A DNA stretch of 41,932 bases from Candidatus Actinomarina sp. (GTDB taxonomy: Bacteria; Actinomycetota; Acidimicrobiia; Actinomarinales; Actinomarinaceae), in contig CBFHGZ010000003.1 in the NCBI GenBank assembly GCA_965655535.1, forward strand, positions 680-42,611. The letters run 5' to 3'. The translations under genes and the position numbers were made by a program. The notes below the pieces were generated by a model, which saw only the letters and a list, made by a program, of their open reading frames with translations, was not told the origin of the DNA and did no database searches. Below are positions 18,651-28,026 of the stretch, piece by piece. Within the stretch, counting starts at the first letter, position 1. Each line of letters begins with the position of its first letter.

Positions 18651-19775
18651 CTAATGCTGGCTAGCAGCAACGCTAGCAATGATTATTATCAAAACTAGTA
18701 CACCTGCACTCGCAATCAAGACTTCAGTTCTTGTAATTTTAATTTTAGGTGCTGAGCTCATGACGCTAGCAAAAATTAAAATTGCTGAAGAAATAATAAG
18801 TGCAAATAATGGGGCGTATTCATGAAAGTTTAAAAATACTTGTGCTATTGCAAAGGCAATTATTCCACCTACAATTATCGACACAACTGGTATGAGTAGA
18901 GATCCAACAACTCTCTCTCTAATTTTTTTAGTTTCACTCATTTCAAATTCTTCAAGACCTTTAGGTATACCAAGTAGCATTGATAACATTGAAACCAAAC
19001 TTTGAGTTACAGCCGATAAAATGACAATTCTCCAGAAAGCTCCTCCAACAGAAATTAAGTTAATAACTGGATCCTCAGGTAAAATACCTTCAATTGTCTG
19101 ACCAACACTGTTGATTACATAAAATGATGTTATAGATCCAAAAACAAGTCCTAATCCTAAACCTGTAAAAATAGATTCTCTGTCTGAGGTGTGAATACCA
19201 TATCCCTCATAATTAGATTCAAGAAACTTTTTAATATTTAAAGAATTAATTATTGAAAATAAAGAAGTGGTTGCTGTAATGATGAACAGGAATGAAATTG
19301 TATTGTATTCAGAGATTAATTTTTGAGTCTCTGCCTCAAGAATCAATCCATCATATAGGTAAGAGCTTGCTAAAAGACCTTGAACAAGGCCACTTAATAT
19401 TCCAAAACTTAAACCATACTTTAATGATTTAAATATTTTTTCATACATAGGCACTGGTGGGGCAACGTCTTCTTGAATTGTTTGTGTCACTACTGTTGCA
19501 ACTTCGGTCTCAACTTCTGGTGCATCTTCTATAATTTCTTCTTCTTGAGAAGTTGTTTGTACAGAATTTTCTTCTTGAGTTGTACTTTCAGCTGTTGGAG
19601 CTTCTTGTGTTTGTACAGGGGCTTCGCTAGGTGTTACACTCTCTCCGCCAGCCCATGAACTTAATACCTCTTCGGTAGAGTTGCCAGATGCTTGAGCTCT
19701 TGCTTCTGCTGACCTTTGAACTAGATCAACGGGAGCATTTAACAATTCAGCTACTTTATTTGCTAAATCACTCAC
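18651..19775 (-). CDS. Hypothetical polytopic membrane protein with N-terminal soluble helix and acidic T/Q/E-rich linker
   Basis: 374-aa ORF whose stop lies 3 nt from the aceA start. The N-terminus is MSDLANKVAELLNAPVDLVQRSAEARAQASG, followed by about 70 aa of E/Q/T low complexity and then about 6-7 TM helices. No family was recognised. Confidence 0.6.
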   Translation of the reverse strand: MSDLANKVAELLNAPVDLVQRSAEARAQASGNSTEEVLSSWAGGESVTPSEAPVQTQEAPTAESTTQEENSVQTTSQEEEIIEDAPEVETEVATVVTQTIQEDVAPPVPMYEKIFKSLKYGLSFGILSGLVQGLLASSYLYDGLILEAETQKLISEYNTISFLFIITATTSLFSIINSLNIKKFLESNYEGYGIHTSDRESIFTGLGLGLVFGSITSFYVINSVGQTIEGILPEDPVINLISVGGAFWRIVILSAVTQSLVSMLSMLLGIPKGLEEFEMSETKKIRERVVGSLLIPVVSIIVGGIIAFAIAQVFLNFHEYAPLFALIISSAILIFASVMSSAPKIKITRTEVLIASAGVLVLIIIIASVAASQH

Positions 19776-19857
19776 TAGTTGTTATCTCCATACGTTTTCC
19801 AGATTTTATGTTTAGATTTTTGTACAAGTACTTCAAACATAGTAAATCCATATAATT

Positions 19858-20637
19858 CTAGTCACTTGTACTATTTCTAACTACATCGTCAAATGTTTTT
19901 TCTTCTTGATACCACCTCATCCAAATTACCAATATAGTAATCCATAAAATGATTCCACCACCTAATTTAAGTATTAAACCAGCTAGGGTTTGGTCATCAA
20001 TAATTGAAATGCTAAAAATATTGTTATCCATTACATAGGCTGAGTAGAGAGGTTCTGTACCAAATGCTAAAAAACTTGCAGGTATCGTTGGCAATAAAGA
20101 TTGTAAAAATAAATAAGCAATTCTTACTGGAGATGACATTGCTGTAATTTCATCATTAAACCCAATGACAGGTATCCACATATTCAAAGCAACTAAAAGC
20201 ATTACCGCATGCAGTAAAAAGTGTACAAGTGTATTTGTTACCATTAAATTTACAATATTTGTCCAGTGCATCCCAACCATCACGAGATTAAATAAGAAAA
20301 ATGCTACAACAGGTTTGGTTGTAATTTTTAGTAATTTCACTAAAGGTTCAACAGATACAAGCTTTTTCATGTCTTTGTGCATTCCAAGAAGCAAAAGTGG
20401 AGGTGAAACAAGTGCTAGAACAAGGTGTTCTGAAGAATGAACTGAAAAAAGATATTTTTCACCAATATCATGGATTGGATAATCAGTAAATAACCATAAA
20501 AAAACGACACCGGAATACCACACTTTTCTTTTTTCTTGTTTAATAGTTTTATTGTTTGTTGAATATTCAAAAAATATTATTAGAGAAAATATAAGTGCCC
20601 AAACATCATAATGAGGGTGAAAGGGGAGATTCTGCAT
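19858..20637 (-). CDS. Cytochrome c oxidase assembly factor, caa3 CtaG-like membrane protein
   Basis: 259 aa with about 7 TM helices and conserved His residues. Its position immediately downstream of ctaF matches Bacillus-type ctaG (Caa3_CtaG family). Confidence 0.6.
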   Translation of the reverse strand: MQNLPFHPHYDVWALIFSLIIFFEYSTNNKTIKQEKRKVWYSGVVFLWLFTDYPIHDIGEKYLFSVHSSEHLVLALVSPPLLLLGMHKDMKKLVSVEPLVKLLKITTKPVVAFFLFNLVMVGMHWTNIVNLMVTNTLVHFLLHAVMLLVALNMWIPVIGFNDEITAMSSPVRIAYLFLQSLLPTIPASFLAFGTEPLYSAYVMDNNIFSISIIDDQTLAGLILKLGGGIILWITILVIWMRWYQEEKTFDDVVRNSTSD

Positions 20638-20651
20638 TTGTTTTTTAATTC

Positions 20652-20951
20652 CTAAAAATAATTTGCTGCTGCACGTTCAAACATCACGATTGCAAATAAT
20701 ATTAAGGCAAGAATCATTCCACCTACAAAAAACCTATTAACGGTTTTGTTTTCGTATCTAAGATGCATGAACCACCCAACAACAATTACAAACTTTCCTA
20801 TTGCAAGAATTATTAATAAAGGATCTGCCAAAGCACCAACAATATCTTCTGTGTAATATAAAGCAATTTCAATTGCTGTAAGAATGCCAAGAACGATTGC
20901 TATTTGGACATATTTCTTTGGCGTTGGATGTTCTACGTGTGCTTCAGACAT
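20652..20951 (-). CDS. ctaF: Cytochrome c oxidase subunit IV (prokaryotic COX4_pro type)
   Basis: 99 aa with 3 TM helices. The N-terminus HPTPKKYVQIAIVLGILTAIEI is typical of Bacillus/caa3 subunit IV. It starts 1 nt after the ctaE stop. Confidence 0.7.
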   Translation of the reverse strand: MSEAHVEHPTPKKYVQIAIVLGILTAIEIALYYTEDIVGALADPLLIILAIGKFVIVVGWFMHLRYENKTVNRFFVGGMILALILFAIVMFERAAANYF

Positions 20952-20952
20952 A

Positions 20953-21537
20953 TCAAATCAAATAAACTACCGTAAATAATACAATCCAGACAATATCAAC
21001 AAAGTGCCAATATAGTGCAACGAACTCAAGATTCATACCACTGTCTAGTGTTAGACCATTTTGTCTTTGTCCAATTCCCCAAAGGGCAAGCAATAAAACG
21101 ACACCTATAAAAACATGTAGCCCATGAAATCCAGTTAAAACATAAAAACTTGAACTAAAAATATTTGTTCCTAATTCGAACCCTTTATGGTAGAACTCTG
21201 TAAATTCATAGATTTGACCGGCAAGAAAAACTGCACCTAACATAGCTGTGGCTAAGAGCCAGACTCTTGTTTTTTCTTGATCATTTGCTTCTAAGGCATT
21301 GTGTGCAAGAACCATTGTTAATGAGCTCATTAAAAGAATAAAAGAGCTGATAGAAGTGAAAGGAATATCATAAACATCTGTTAATTTGATTCCTGGAAAG
21401 CTTCTACCTTTGAAAATCATAAATGTTGTTATAAGGGTGCCAAAGAAGAGAATTTCAGTGGACAAAAACACCCACATTCCTAGTTTTCTAGTTTCTACTC
21501 CAGTTTCTTCATGAGGATATGCGTGAGAATTACTCAT
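20953..21537 (-). CDS. ctaE: Cytochrome c oxidase subunit III
   Basis: 194 aa. It has heme-copper oxidase subunit III motifs (GFHGLHVFIGV, YWHFVD.VW) and overlaps ctaD by 8 nt. Confidence 0.85.
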   Translation of the reverse strand: MSNSHAYPHEETGVETRKLGMWVFLSTEILFFGTLITTFMIFKGRSFPGIKLTDVYDIPFTSISSFILLMSSLTMVLAHNALEANDQEKTRVWLLATAMLGAVFLAGQIYEFTEFYHKGFELGTNIFSSSFYVLTGFHGLHVFIGVVLLLALWGIGQRQNGLTLDSGMNLEFVALYWHFVDIVWIVLFTVVYLI

Positions 21538-23482
21538 CTATTTCAACTTCTTCCTCAAGCGGTTCAATTCCCCAACCAAACCCACCAATCAGCAACAACA
21601 CAACGCCAACGAGTGTGAGAGGGATAGATTTGTATATTACTGCGTATCCTAAAAACGGTAGTCCACTAGCTAGTACGAATGGGAAGTAAGAAGGACTTGG
21701 TAGTTCAATATGTTCTGTTGGGTTCAATCCTTCTTCTTCTAAATCAAGAAGTAGTTGATCGGCAGTATCTCTTCTTACTGCTCTTCCTTCTTCATCTTCT
21801 GAATATTTTGCATGCCAAAAGTCATCTAACGCTTTTACTTCTGGTGCCTTAGAAAAGTTCCATACTGGAGTAGGTGAAGGAATAGTCCATTCAATTGTTC
21901 TTGCATCCCAAGGATCAAATGGAGCTTTTTCACCATTTCTTTTTGAGTAAATCCAGTTAATCATGAAAACTATTATTGAGAGTGCAATGATAAAAGCTCC
22001 TATAGTCACTACGACATTCCAGAATTGCAAATTTGTTTCCTCAGCATAAACCCAAGTTCTTCTAACTTGTCCTTGAAGACCTAACCAGTGCATCGGACCA
22101 AAAGTGAGGTTGAAACCAATAAGCATTAACCAAAAGTGAATTTTTCCAAGAGACTCGTTGTACATTTTTCCCCATACTTTAGGAAACCAATAGTAAAGTC
22201 CTGAGAATATTCCAAACATTGCACCACCAAATAGCACATAGTGAAAGTGTGCAACAATATAATATGTGTCAGTTTGTTGTGTATCTGCAGGAACAATTGA
22301 GTGAGTTACACCGCTTAATCCTCCAATAACAAACATTCCAATAAAACCTAAAGAGAAGAGCATAGGGGTGTTGAGTTTTAATTTTCCTCCCCATATTGTT
22401 CCCAGCCAATTAAATATTTTTACCCCTGTAGGAACTGCAATTACCATTGTTGAAAGGCCAAATCCAGCTTGTGCTACAGTGCTTATTGAAGATGCAAACA
22501 TATGGTGTGCCCATACACCAAAACCTATAAACGCAATTCCAAAACCAGCAAAGACTATTGCAGCATAACCAAAAAGTGGTTTTCTTGAAAATGTAGGAAG
22601 TACCTCAGAAACAATTCCAAAAGCAGGAAGTATTAAAATATAGACTTCTGGGTGACCGAATAGCCAAAATAGGTGTTGCCATAATATAGGATCTCCACCA
22701 CCTTCAGTAAGGAAGAAAGTTGTTCCAAACTTTCTATCAAAAGTTACGTAGAAAAGAGCAATTGCAATAATTGGAAGAGAGAAAGCTAACAAGAACGAAA
22801 CTGCAAAAGTCATCCATGTAAATACCGGCATTCTCATAAATCTCATGCCTTTAGTTCTCATATTGATAATTGTGGTAATGAAATTAAATGCTGACACTAA
22901 AGATGCAATACCTAATATTTGTAAACCTATTGCCCAAAAGTCCATTGCAGTTCCTGGTGAATATTTCATTCCAGCATTTGGTTGATAACCAAACCAGCCA
23001 CCATTTGGAGCAGAACCAAGCCACCCGACTTCTTCTGCTAAATAACCACCTTCAGGCGCACCAGCTGTACCAAATATGAATGTAGAGTACAAAAACGCTC
23101 CACCAAATATGAATATCCAGAAAGAAAGTGCATTCAAACGAGGAAACGCAACATCTCTAGCCCCAATTTGTAAAGGTAATAAATAGTTGAAGAAGGCCGC
23201 ACTAATAGGCATAATGGCAAGGAATATCATTGTTGTGCCGTGCATTGTAAACATTGCATTGTATTCAGCAGCTGATAAAAAGTTATTGTCTGGCTGAGAT
23301 AGCTGAATTCTTAAAACTAATGCCTCAAGCCCACCGACTAGCAAAAAGAAAAACGCAGCATAACCATACATAATACCTATTCGTTTATGATCTACTGTTG
23401 TGATCCAGCTCCATATACCAGTTTCAGAAGAAGGTCTTCTAAATATACTTGATTGTTTGTTCGGTTCTATAATTTTTGTCAT
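21530..23482 (-). CDS. ctaD: Cytochrome c oxidase subunit I with about 100-aa C-terminal two-helix extension
   Basis: 650 aa with canonical motifs (GHPEVYILILPAFG, HHMF, VAHFHYVL). It has an ATGA overlap with ctaC. Confidence 0.95.
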   Translation of the reverse strand: MTKIIEPNKQSSIFRRPSSETGIWSWITTVDHKRIGIMYGYAAFFFLLVGGLEALVLRIQLSQPDNNFLSAAEYNAMFTMHGTTMIFLAIMPISAAFFNYLLPLQIGARDVAFPRLNALSFWIFIFGGAFLYSTFIFGTAGAPEGGYLAEEVGWLGSAPNGGWFGYQPNAGMKYSPGTAMDFWAIGLQILGIASLVSAFNFITTIINMRTKGMRFMRMPVFTWMTFAVSFLLAFSLPIIAIALFYVTFDRKFGTTFFLTEGGGDPILWQHLFWLFGHPEVYILILPAFGIVSEVLPTFSRKPLFGYAAIVFAGFGIAFIGFGVWAHHMFASSISTVAQAGFGLSTMVIAVPTGVKIFNWLGTIWGGKLKLNTPMLFSLGFIGMFVIGGLSGVTHSIVPADTQQTDTYYIVAHFHYVLFGGAMFGIFSGLYYWFPKVWGKMYNESLGKIHFWLMLIGFNLTFGPMHWLGLQGQVRRTWVYAEETNLQFWNVVVTIGAFIIALSIIVFMINWIYSKRNGEKAPFDPWDARTIEWTIPSPTPVWNFSKAPEVKALDDFWHAKYSEDEEGRAVRRDTADQLLLDLEEEGLNPTEHIELPSPSYFPFVLASGLPFLGYAVIYKSIPLTLVGVVLLLIGGFGWGIEPLEEEVEIDE

Positions 23483-24492
23483 TTAAGTGTCTCCAAATAC
23501 GCAATTAAAGCATTTATTTCATTTTCAGTCAATTCTAAGTTAGGCATAAATGTTCCAGGTTTTATCTCAGCAGGGTTTGCTAGCCACTTTGTAAGATTTT
23601 CTTTATTGTTTTCAAGTGCAGCACCAGCAAATACATTTCTATTAGCAAAGTGAGTTAAGTTAGGAGCTATTCTGTCACCTTGTACATCCCAAACTCCATC
23701 AATTACATGACACTGTGTACATCCTGCATTTAGATAAACTTCTTGTCCTTCAGCAGCAAGAGAATCTCCTTCGAGTTTGGTAGCTTTTTGCTGCTCATTT
23801 TTGACCCAAGCCTCAAAGTCAGATGCTGATAGTGACAACACCCTTCCTCTCATTTTTGAGTGACTTAAACCACAATACTCACCGCACTGAGCCCAAAATT
23901 CGTTTGGAGAATCAGCATGAAGATTTAAGTACGTTGTTTGCCCAGGAACAAGATATCTTTTACCATTTAATTTTGGTACCCAGTAATTATGTAATACATC
24001 ATTTGACCACATTTCTAATCTGACTGGCTTATCAGCTGGTATTACCAAAACATTTGCAGTAGTAATTCCATATTCTGGGTACTTATATTCGAACCACCAC
24101 TGATGACCAATTACCTCAACCTTCATTGCGTTTTCAGGTTCTCTAGCTAAATCAAAAATAGTACGTACGGTTGGGACAGCTATTGCTGCAAGAATAAGAA
24201 CTGGGATTACAGTCCACAGAATTTCTAGTTTTGTATTCCCATGTATTTGTTTTGGTTCAGGACTATCTTCTTTTTCTTTAAAAACAAAAATAGAAATTAA
24301 AAGGGCACCTTGAACAATCGCAAAAATACCTACAGCAATCCAGAATGTGATCCAAAATAATTCATCTATTGATCTTGCATAAGGACCTTCAGGACTTAGA
24401 GAATCTAGCGGTGCATTTTCTATGCACGAAACTAGAAAGACAAATGGTCCGTATCTTAAATTCTTTAATCTAAAAACTTTTTTCACAAGCAT
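23479..24492 (-). CDS. ctaC: Cytochrome c oxidase subunit II fused to a C-terminal cytochrome c domain (caa3 type)
   Basis: 337 aa. The CuA site is HNYWVP...CGEYCGLSHSKM and the C-terminal heme c motif is CTQCH. There is a possible lipobox, LVSC, near the N-terminus. Confidence 0.9.
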   Translation of the reverse strand: MLVKKVFRLKNLRYGPFVFLVSCIENAPLDSLSPEGPYARSIDELFWITFWIAVGIFAIVQGALLISIFVFKEKEDSPEPKQIHGNTKLEILWTVIPVLILAAIAVPTVRTIFDLAREPENAMKVEVIGHQWWFEYKYPEYGITTANVLVIPADKPVRLEMWSNDVLHNYWVPKLNGKRYLVPGQTTYLNLHADSPNEFWAQCGEYCGLSHSKMRGRVLSLSASDFEAWVKNEQQKATKLEGDSLAAEGQEVYLNAGCTQCHVIDGVWDVQGDRIAPNLTHFANRNVFAGAALENNKENLTKWLANPAEIKPGTFMPNLELTENEINALIAYLETLK

Positions 24493-24564
24493 TTTTATAT
24501 TATCAACAATAATTAAGGATAGCGTTGAAACTATATATAGTGTAATTATAAGTACTATGTCGTT

Positions 24565-25446
24565 ATGGTTTTAGAAGTAAAAAATACAATATATTCTTAC
24601 TATAAATTATCAAAATTACGAGTTGTTGAACTTCTTTTAATAACAACTGTCCCTGCAATGATTGTTTCTATATATGGATTCCCTCCAATAAGTCTAGTTT
24701 TATATACAGTGATTGGAGGTACTTGTTTAGCTGTTAGTGCAAATGTATTGAATCAAATTTTTGAAATTGAGACAGATAAGCTTATGAAAAGAACTGCCCA
24801 AAGGCCACTTGTAACTGGAGTAATTTCTATTAGGAATGCTTACATTTTTTCTCTAGGGCTAGGCTCTGCTGGATTTTCTTTGCTTTATTTTTTAACCACT
24901 CCTTTGGCTGCATATATTGCTTTAGGAGCAAATATTTTTTACTCATTTATATACACACTTGTTCTTAAGCCACGAACAGATCAAAATATTGTTATTGGAG
25001 GAGCTGCTGGGGCAGCCCCAGTATTAATTGGCTGGACAGCTACAGGAACAGACTTGGATGTCGGGTCATGGTTGTTATTTTTATTGGTATTTTTATGGAC
25101 ACCTGCTCATTTTTGGGCTTTATCTATTGAAAATAATGATGATTATAAAGATGCAAGTTTTCCAATGCTTTCAACTTTAGAAACTAAACAAAGAACATCA
25201 ATTTACATTTCAATATATTCATGTGCAACAGTTCTCACTTCTTTACTTGTGGCACCAATTCTTCAACTTGGTCTTGTTTATTTATCAATAGCTTTATTGG
25301 TTGGAGCTTACTTAATGTACAAATCATTTCAACTTTACAAAAACAAGATTGAAGCAATTTCTTATTTTATTTTTTCAAATACATACCTAGCTATTGTATT
25401 CTTAGCAATGGTTGCTGATATATTTTTTACATTGAGGAGCATATAA
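24565..25446 (+). CDS. ctaB: Protoheme IX farnesyltransferase (heme O synthase)
   Basis: 293 aa UbiA-family protein with the motifs NQ..E...D..M.RT..RPL and PAHFWAL. It is divergent from ctaC. Confidence 0.9.
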   Translation: MVLEVKNTIYSYYKLSKLRVVELLLITTVPAMIVSIYGFPPISLVLYTVIGGTCLAVSANVLNQIFEIETDKLMKRTAQRPLVTGVISIRNAYIFSLGLGSAGFSLLYFLTTPLAAYIALGANIFYSFIYTLVLKPRTDQNIVIGGAAGAAPVLIGWTATGTDLDVGSWLLFLLVFLWTPAHFWALSIENNDDYKDASFPMLSTLETKQRTSIYISIYSCATVLTSLLVAPILQLGLVYLSIALLVGAYLMYKSFQLYKNKIEAISYFIFSNTYLAIVFLAMVADIFFTLRSI

Positions 25447-26279
25447 TGAATGAACTACTTCTTTCAATTACTTACCCACCAATTCCAATAACTCAGGTTG
25501 GGCCGTTTGCTCTATCATTGCATGGAGTTTTTGCAGCAGTAGGCTTTTATTTTGGTGCTTCTCACGCTATAAAACTAGCCGAAAAAGATGGTGCTGATAG
25601 TGAGCTCTTTTCGGAAGCTCTAACTTGGGCTATTTTTGGTGCTATTTTAGGCGCAAGATTTTTTACAATTCCAGCACAGTGGTATAGCAATCCTGGTTAT
25701 GGACTTGATGATGTTTTCACTTTATCGGGAAGTTTCTCAATCATGGGAGGTATGGCAGGCGGTATTATTGCTGCTTATCTTAAGATAAGTATTTTGAGTA
25801 AAGAAAATTTTCGAATATATGGAGATTACGCAGCAACAGGTCTAATTCTGGGTACTGTTATTGGAAGAATTGGAGACTTAGCAATAGTAGAGCATTTAGG
25901 TAGAGCTACAAACTTTTTTCTCGGATACGAAATCAAACCTGGTTATGACGTAGCTCCTCAACACAATGCTCTAGAGTGTGCAGAACCACTTACAACATGT
26001 GGAACTTTTCATCATGTGGCTATGTATGATATGTTTTTTGCTTTAATTGTTTTCTTTATATTTAGAAACTTACAACAGCGTTTTACATTTGGAAGAGGGT
26101 CTTGGATGGGGCTTTGGGCAGTTTGGTATGGAACACAAAGAGCTTTGTTAGATACTTTAAGATTTGGAATGGGAGACGCGACAATAGGAAGTTTTACTTG
26201 GAATCAAATTGGCGGTCTTACTCTTGCCTCTATAGGATTGGTTATGTTTTTAATGAATAAAAAAGCTAAAAAAGACTAA
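25446..26279 (+). CDS. lgt: Prolipoprotein diacylglyceryl transferase
   Basis: 277 aa polytopic protein with Lgt-like motifs (HGVFAAVGF, GRIGDL..VEHLG). It is coupled to the ctaB stop by a TAATG overlap. Confidence 0.7.
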   Translation: MNELLLSITYPPIPITQVGPFALSLHGVFAAVGFYFGASHAIKLAEKDGADSELFSEALTWAIFGAILGARFFTIPAQWYSNPGYGLDDVFTLSGSFSIMGGMAGGIIAAYLKISILSKENFRIYGDYAATGLILGTVIGRIGDLAIVEHLGRATNFFLGYEIKPGYDVAPQHNALECAEPLTTCGTFHHVAMYDMFFALIVFFIFRNLQQRFTFGRGSWMGLWAVWYGTQRALLDTLRFGMGDATIGSFTWNQIGGLTLASIGLVMFLMNKKAKKD

Positions 26280-27183
26280 TTAAAAACAAAATATAAAAAA
26301 CGGTAAAAGCATAACCCAAAATATTGTTTCTTTTAATTAAATTCCTTGAAAGAAAAATTACTAAAAAGCTAACAAAATACATAAGGAACATTTGGTAGTC
26401 AACATCGGATAAAATCCCCCCAGGACTTATTGATATCGCAACACCCCCAACCAATCCTATATTAAAGAGATTGGACCCAAAAATATTTCCAAAAACTATA
26501 TCTGGTTTTCTCATTTTTGCTGCAGAAATTGTCCCAGCAACTTCTGGCAGACTTGTACCTATAGCAATAATTGTTGAACCAATAATCAGAGAAGATACTC
26601 CAAAAAGCTCCGCTAGTTCAATTGCGTTGTTCACCACAAGTTGGCTCCCATATATTGTTGCAATTAAAGACAAAGGTCCTCTAATCAGTAAGTTTCCTGA
26701 ATCTTCATTTATAAATTCTTCTTCATCGACTGCATCTGCACTAACAAGTTTGTAAATTACATAAAGTACAAGAATTAACAATGCAATTCCTAAGAAAAGT
26801 GGAAATTCTTCAGTTAGAACGAAAGTGGATACAAACAACGTTGTTAAAACGGCCATCCAGACAGGGCTAGTTTGATCGAATTTAATTTTTTTTGCGTAAT
26901 CTTTAGGTATTGATAAATAAAGCACAGCAACAACTAAGAGTGAGTTAGCTATATTTGAACCAATTATATTTCCAATTGCTAAATCGAGATCTCCATTTAG
27001 TGCAGCACCTGTACTTGCAAACAATTCTGGAGCTGATGTTCCAAATCCAATAAAAGTAGCACCAATAACAGAACTTGGTAGGTTAAATTTTTGTGCAATT
27101 TTAATTGCAGAACTGACCATTTCGTCAGCACCTTTAATTAGTAAAACTAATCCAGCTAAAAATCCAAGTAATATTAATGACAT
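26266..27183 (-). CDS. Calcium/sodium:cation antiporter (CaCA family, YrbG-like)
   Basis: 305 aa with two alpha-repeat motifs (GTSAPELF..., GTSLPEV...) separated by an acidic loop. Confidence 0.8.
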   Translation of the reverse strand: MSLILLGFLAGLVLLIKGADEMVSSAIKIAQKFNLPSSVIGATFIGFGTSAPELFASTGAALNGDLDLAIGNIIGSNIANSLLVVAVLYLSIPKDYAKKIKFDQTSPVWMAVLTTLFVSTFVLTEEFPLFLGIALLILVLYVIYKLVSADAVDEEEFINEDSGNLLIRGPLSLIATIYGSQLVVNNAIELAELFGVSSLIIGSTIIAIGTSLPEVAGTISAAKMRKPDIVFGNIFGSNLFNIGLVGGVAISISPGGILSDVDYQMFLMYFVSFLVIFLSRNLIKRNNILGYAFTVFYILFLISLF

Positions 27184-27195
27184 TTTGTTAAAAGA

Positions 27196-28014
27196 TTATT
27201 CTTTTGAATCTCTCCAGGCTATCCATTCTTTGACTTGTGTTAAGTCATATCCAGGACCATTGACTGCAAGTGTAATTTCAGTTGCACCAGCCTCAACGAG
27301 TTCATCAGCTTTATCCAGTCTATTAATGTCAATCCCTATAGATTTTTCTATTTCACTTGGATCTCTTCCAACTTTTTCACACCAATCATTTAAAACTGAT
27401 ATTTTGTGGATTACAGTTTCGATGCCACTCCTATCTTCTGTTTTGGTAGCGAAACCATGCCATATATCAGCATATTGAGCAACGAGTCTCAATGTTACTT
27501 TTTCTCCACCACCTCCAATTAGAATAGGTATCTTTCTTTTTGGTTGAGGGTCAAGTTTTGACATTCTTGAAACAATTCTTTCCAGAGATTTTTCTAGTTC
27601 TTTTAATCTCCAAATTGCAGTACCAAATTCATAACCATATTCGTCATAATCTTGTTCAAACCAACCTGAGCCAATTCCTAGAATTAATCTTCCATCTGAA
27701 ATATGATCTACAGTACGTGCCATATCTGCTAAAAGTTCGGGGTTTCTGTAAGAGTTGCAAGTGACTAGGGGACCAATCTGTACTTTTTCAGTGACTTCTG
27801 CCCAGCTTGCAAGCATAGTCCAACACTCGAAGTGCTTACCTTCTCTTCTTTCTCCCTCATTCCACTGAGTACCGTCTTCTTTATAAAGAGGATAAAAATG
27901 ATCCCAGTTATAAATTATGTCTGCACCTATTTCTTCAGATTCTTTTGCAGCTTTTCTAATTTGATCGTACTCGGCATGCTGTGGTTGTAAAAATACGGCT
28001 ATTCTTGGTTTCAT
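27196..28014 (-). CDS. LLM-class (luciferase-like) F420-dependent oxidoreductase
   Basis: 272 aa TIM-barrel LLM pattern (DH.....L..GIG.GW...E....G). It resembles actinobacterial F420-dependent LLM proteins. Cofactor assignment is by family only. Confidence 0.7.
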   Translation of the reverse strand: MKPRIAVFLQPQHAEYDQIRKAAKESEEIGADIIYNWDHFYPLYKEDGTQWNEGERREGKHFECWTMLASWAEVTEKVQIGPLVTCNSYRNPELLADMARTVDHISDGRLILGIGSGWFEQDYDEYGYEFGTAIWRLKELEKSLERIVSRMSKLDPQPKRKIPILIGGGGEKVTLRLVAQYADIWHGFATKTEDRSGIETVIHKISVLNDWCEKVGRDPSEIEKSIGIDINRLDKADELVEAGATEITLAVNGPGYDLTQVKEWIAWRDSKE

Positions 28015-28026
28015 ATTTTTTCCTTT

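Noticed and set aside
19473-19658. Imperfectly repeated DNA (variants of TCTTCTTGAG..GTTGT..) as a tandem repeat or VNTR.
   Set aside because: It corresponds to the Glu/Gln/Thr-rich linker of the 374-aa membrane protein on the minus strand. The copies are short and degenerate, consistent with a low-complexity coding region rather than a discrete repeat element.
24525-24552. Sigma-70-like promoter TTGAAA-N16-TATAAG upstream of ctaB in the ctaC/ctaB divergent spacer, and ATTATA (33693-33698, minus-strand TATAAT) upstream of selC.
   Set aside because: Hexamers of this kind occur constantly in about 33% GC DNA. Without 5'-end data or conservation they cannot be distinguished from background.
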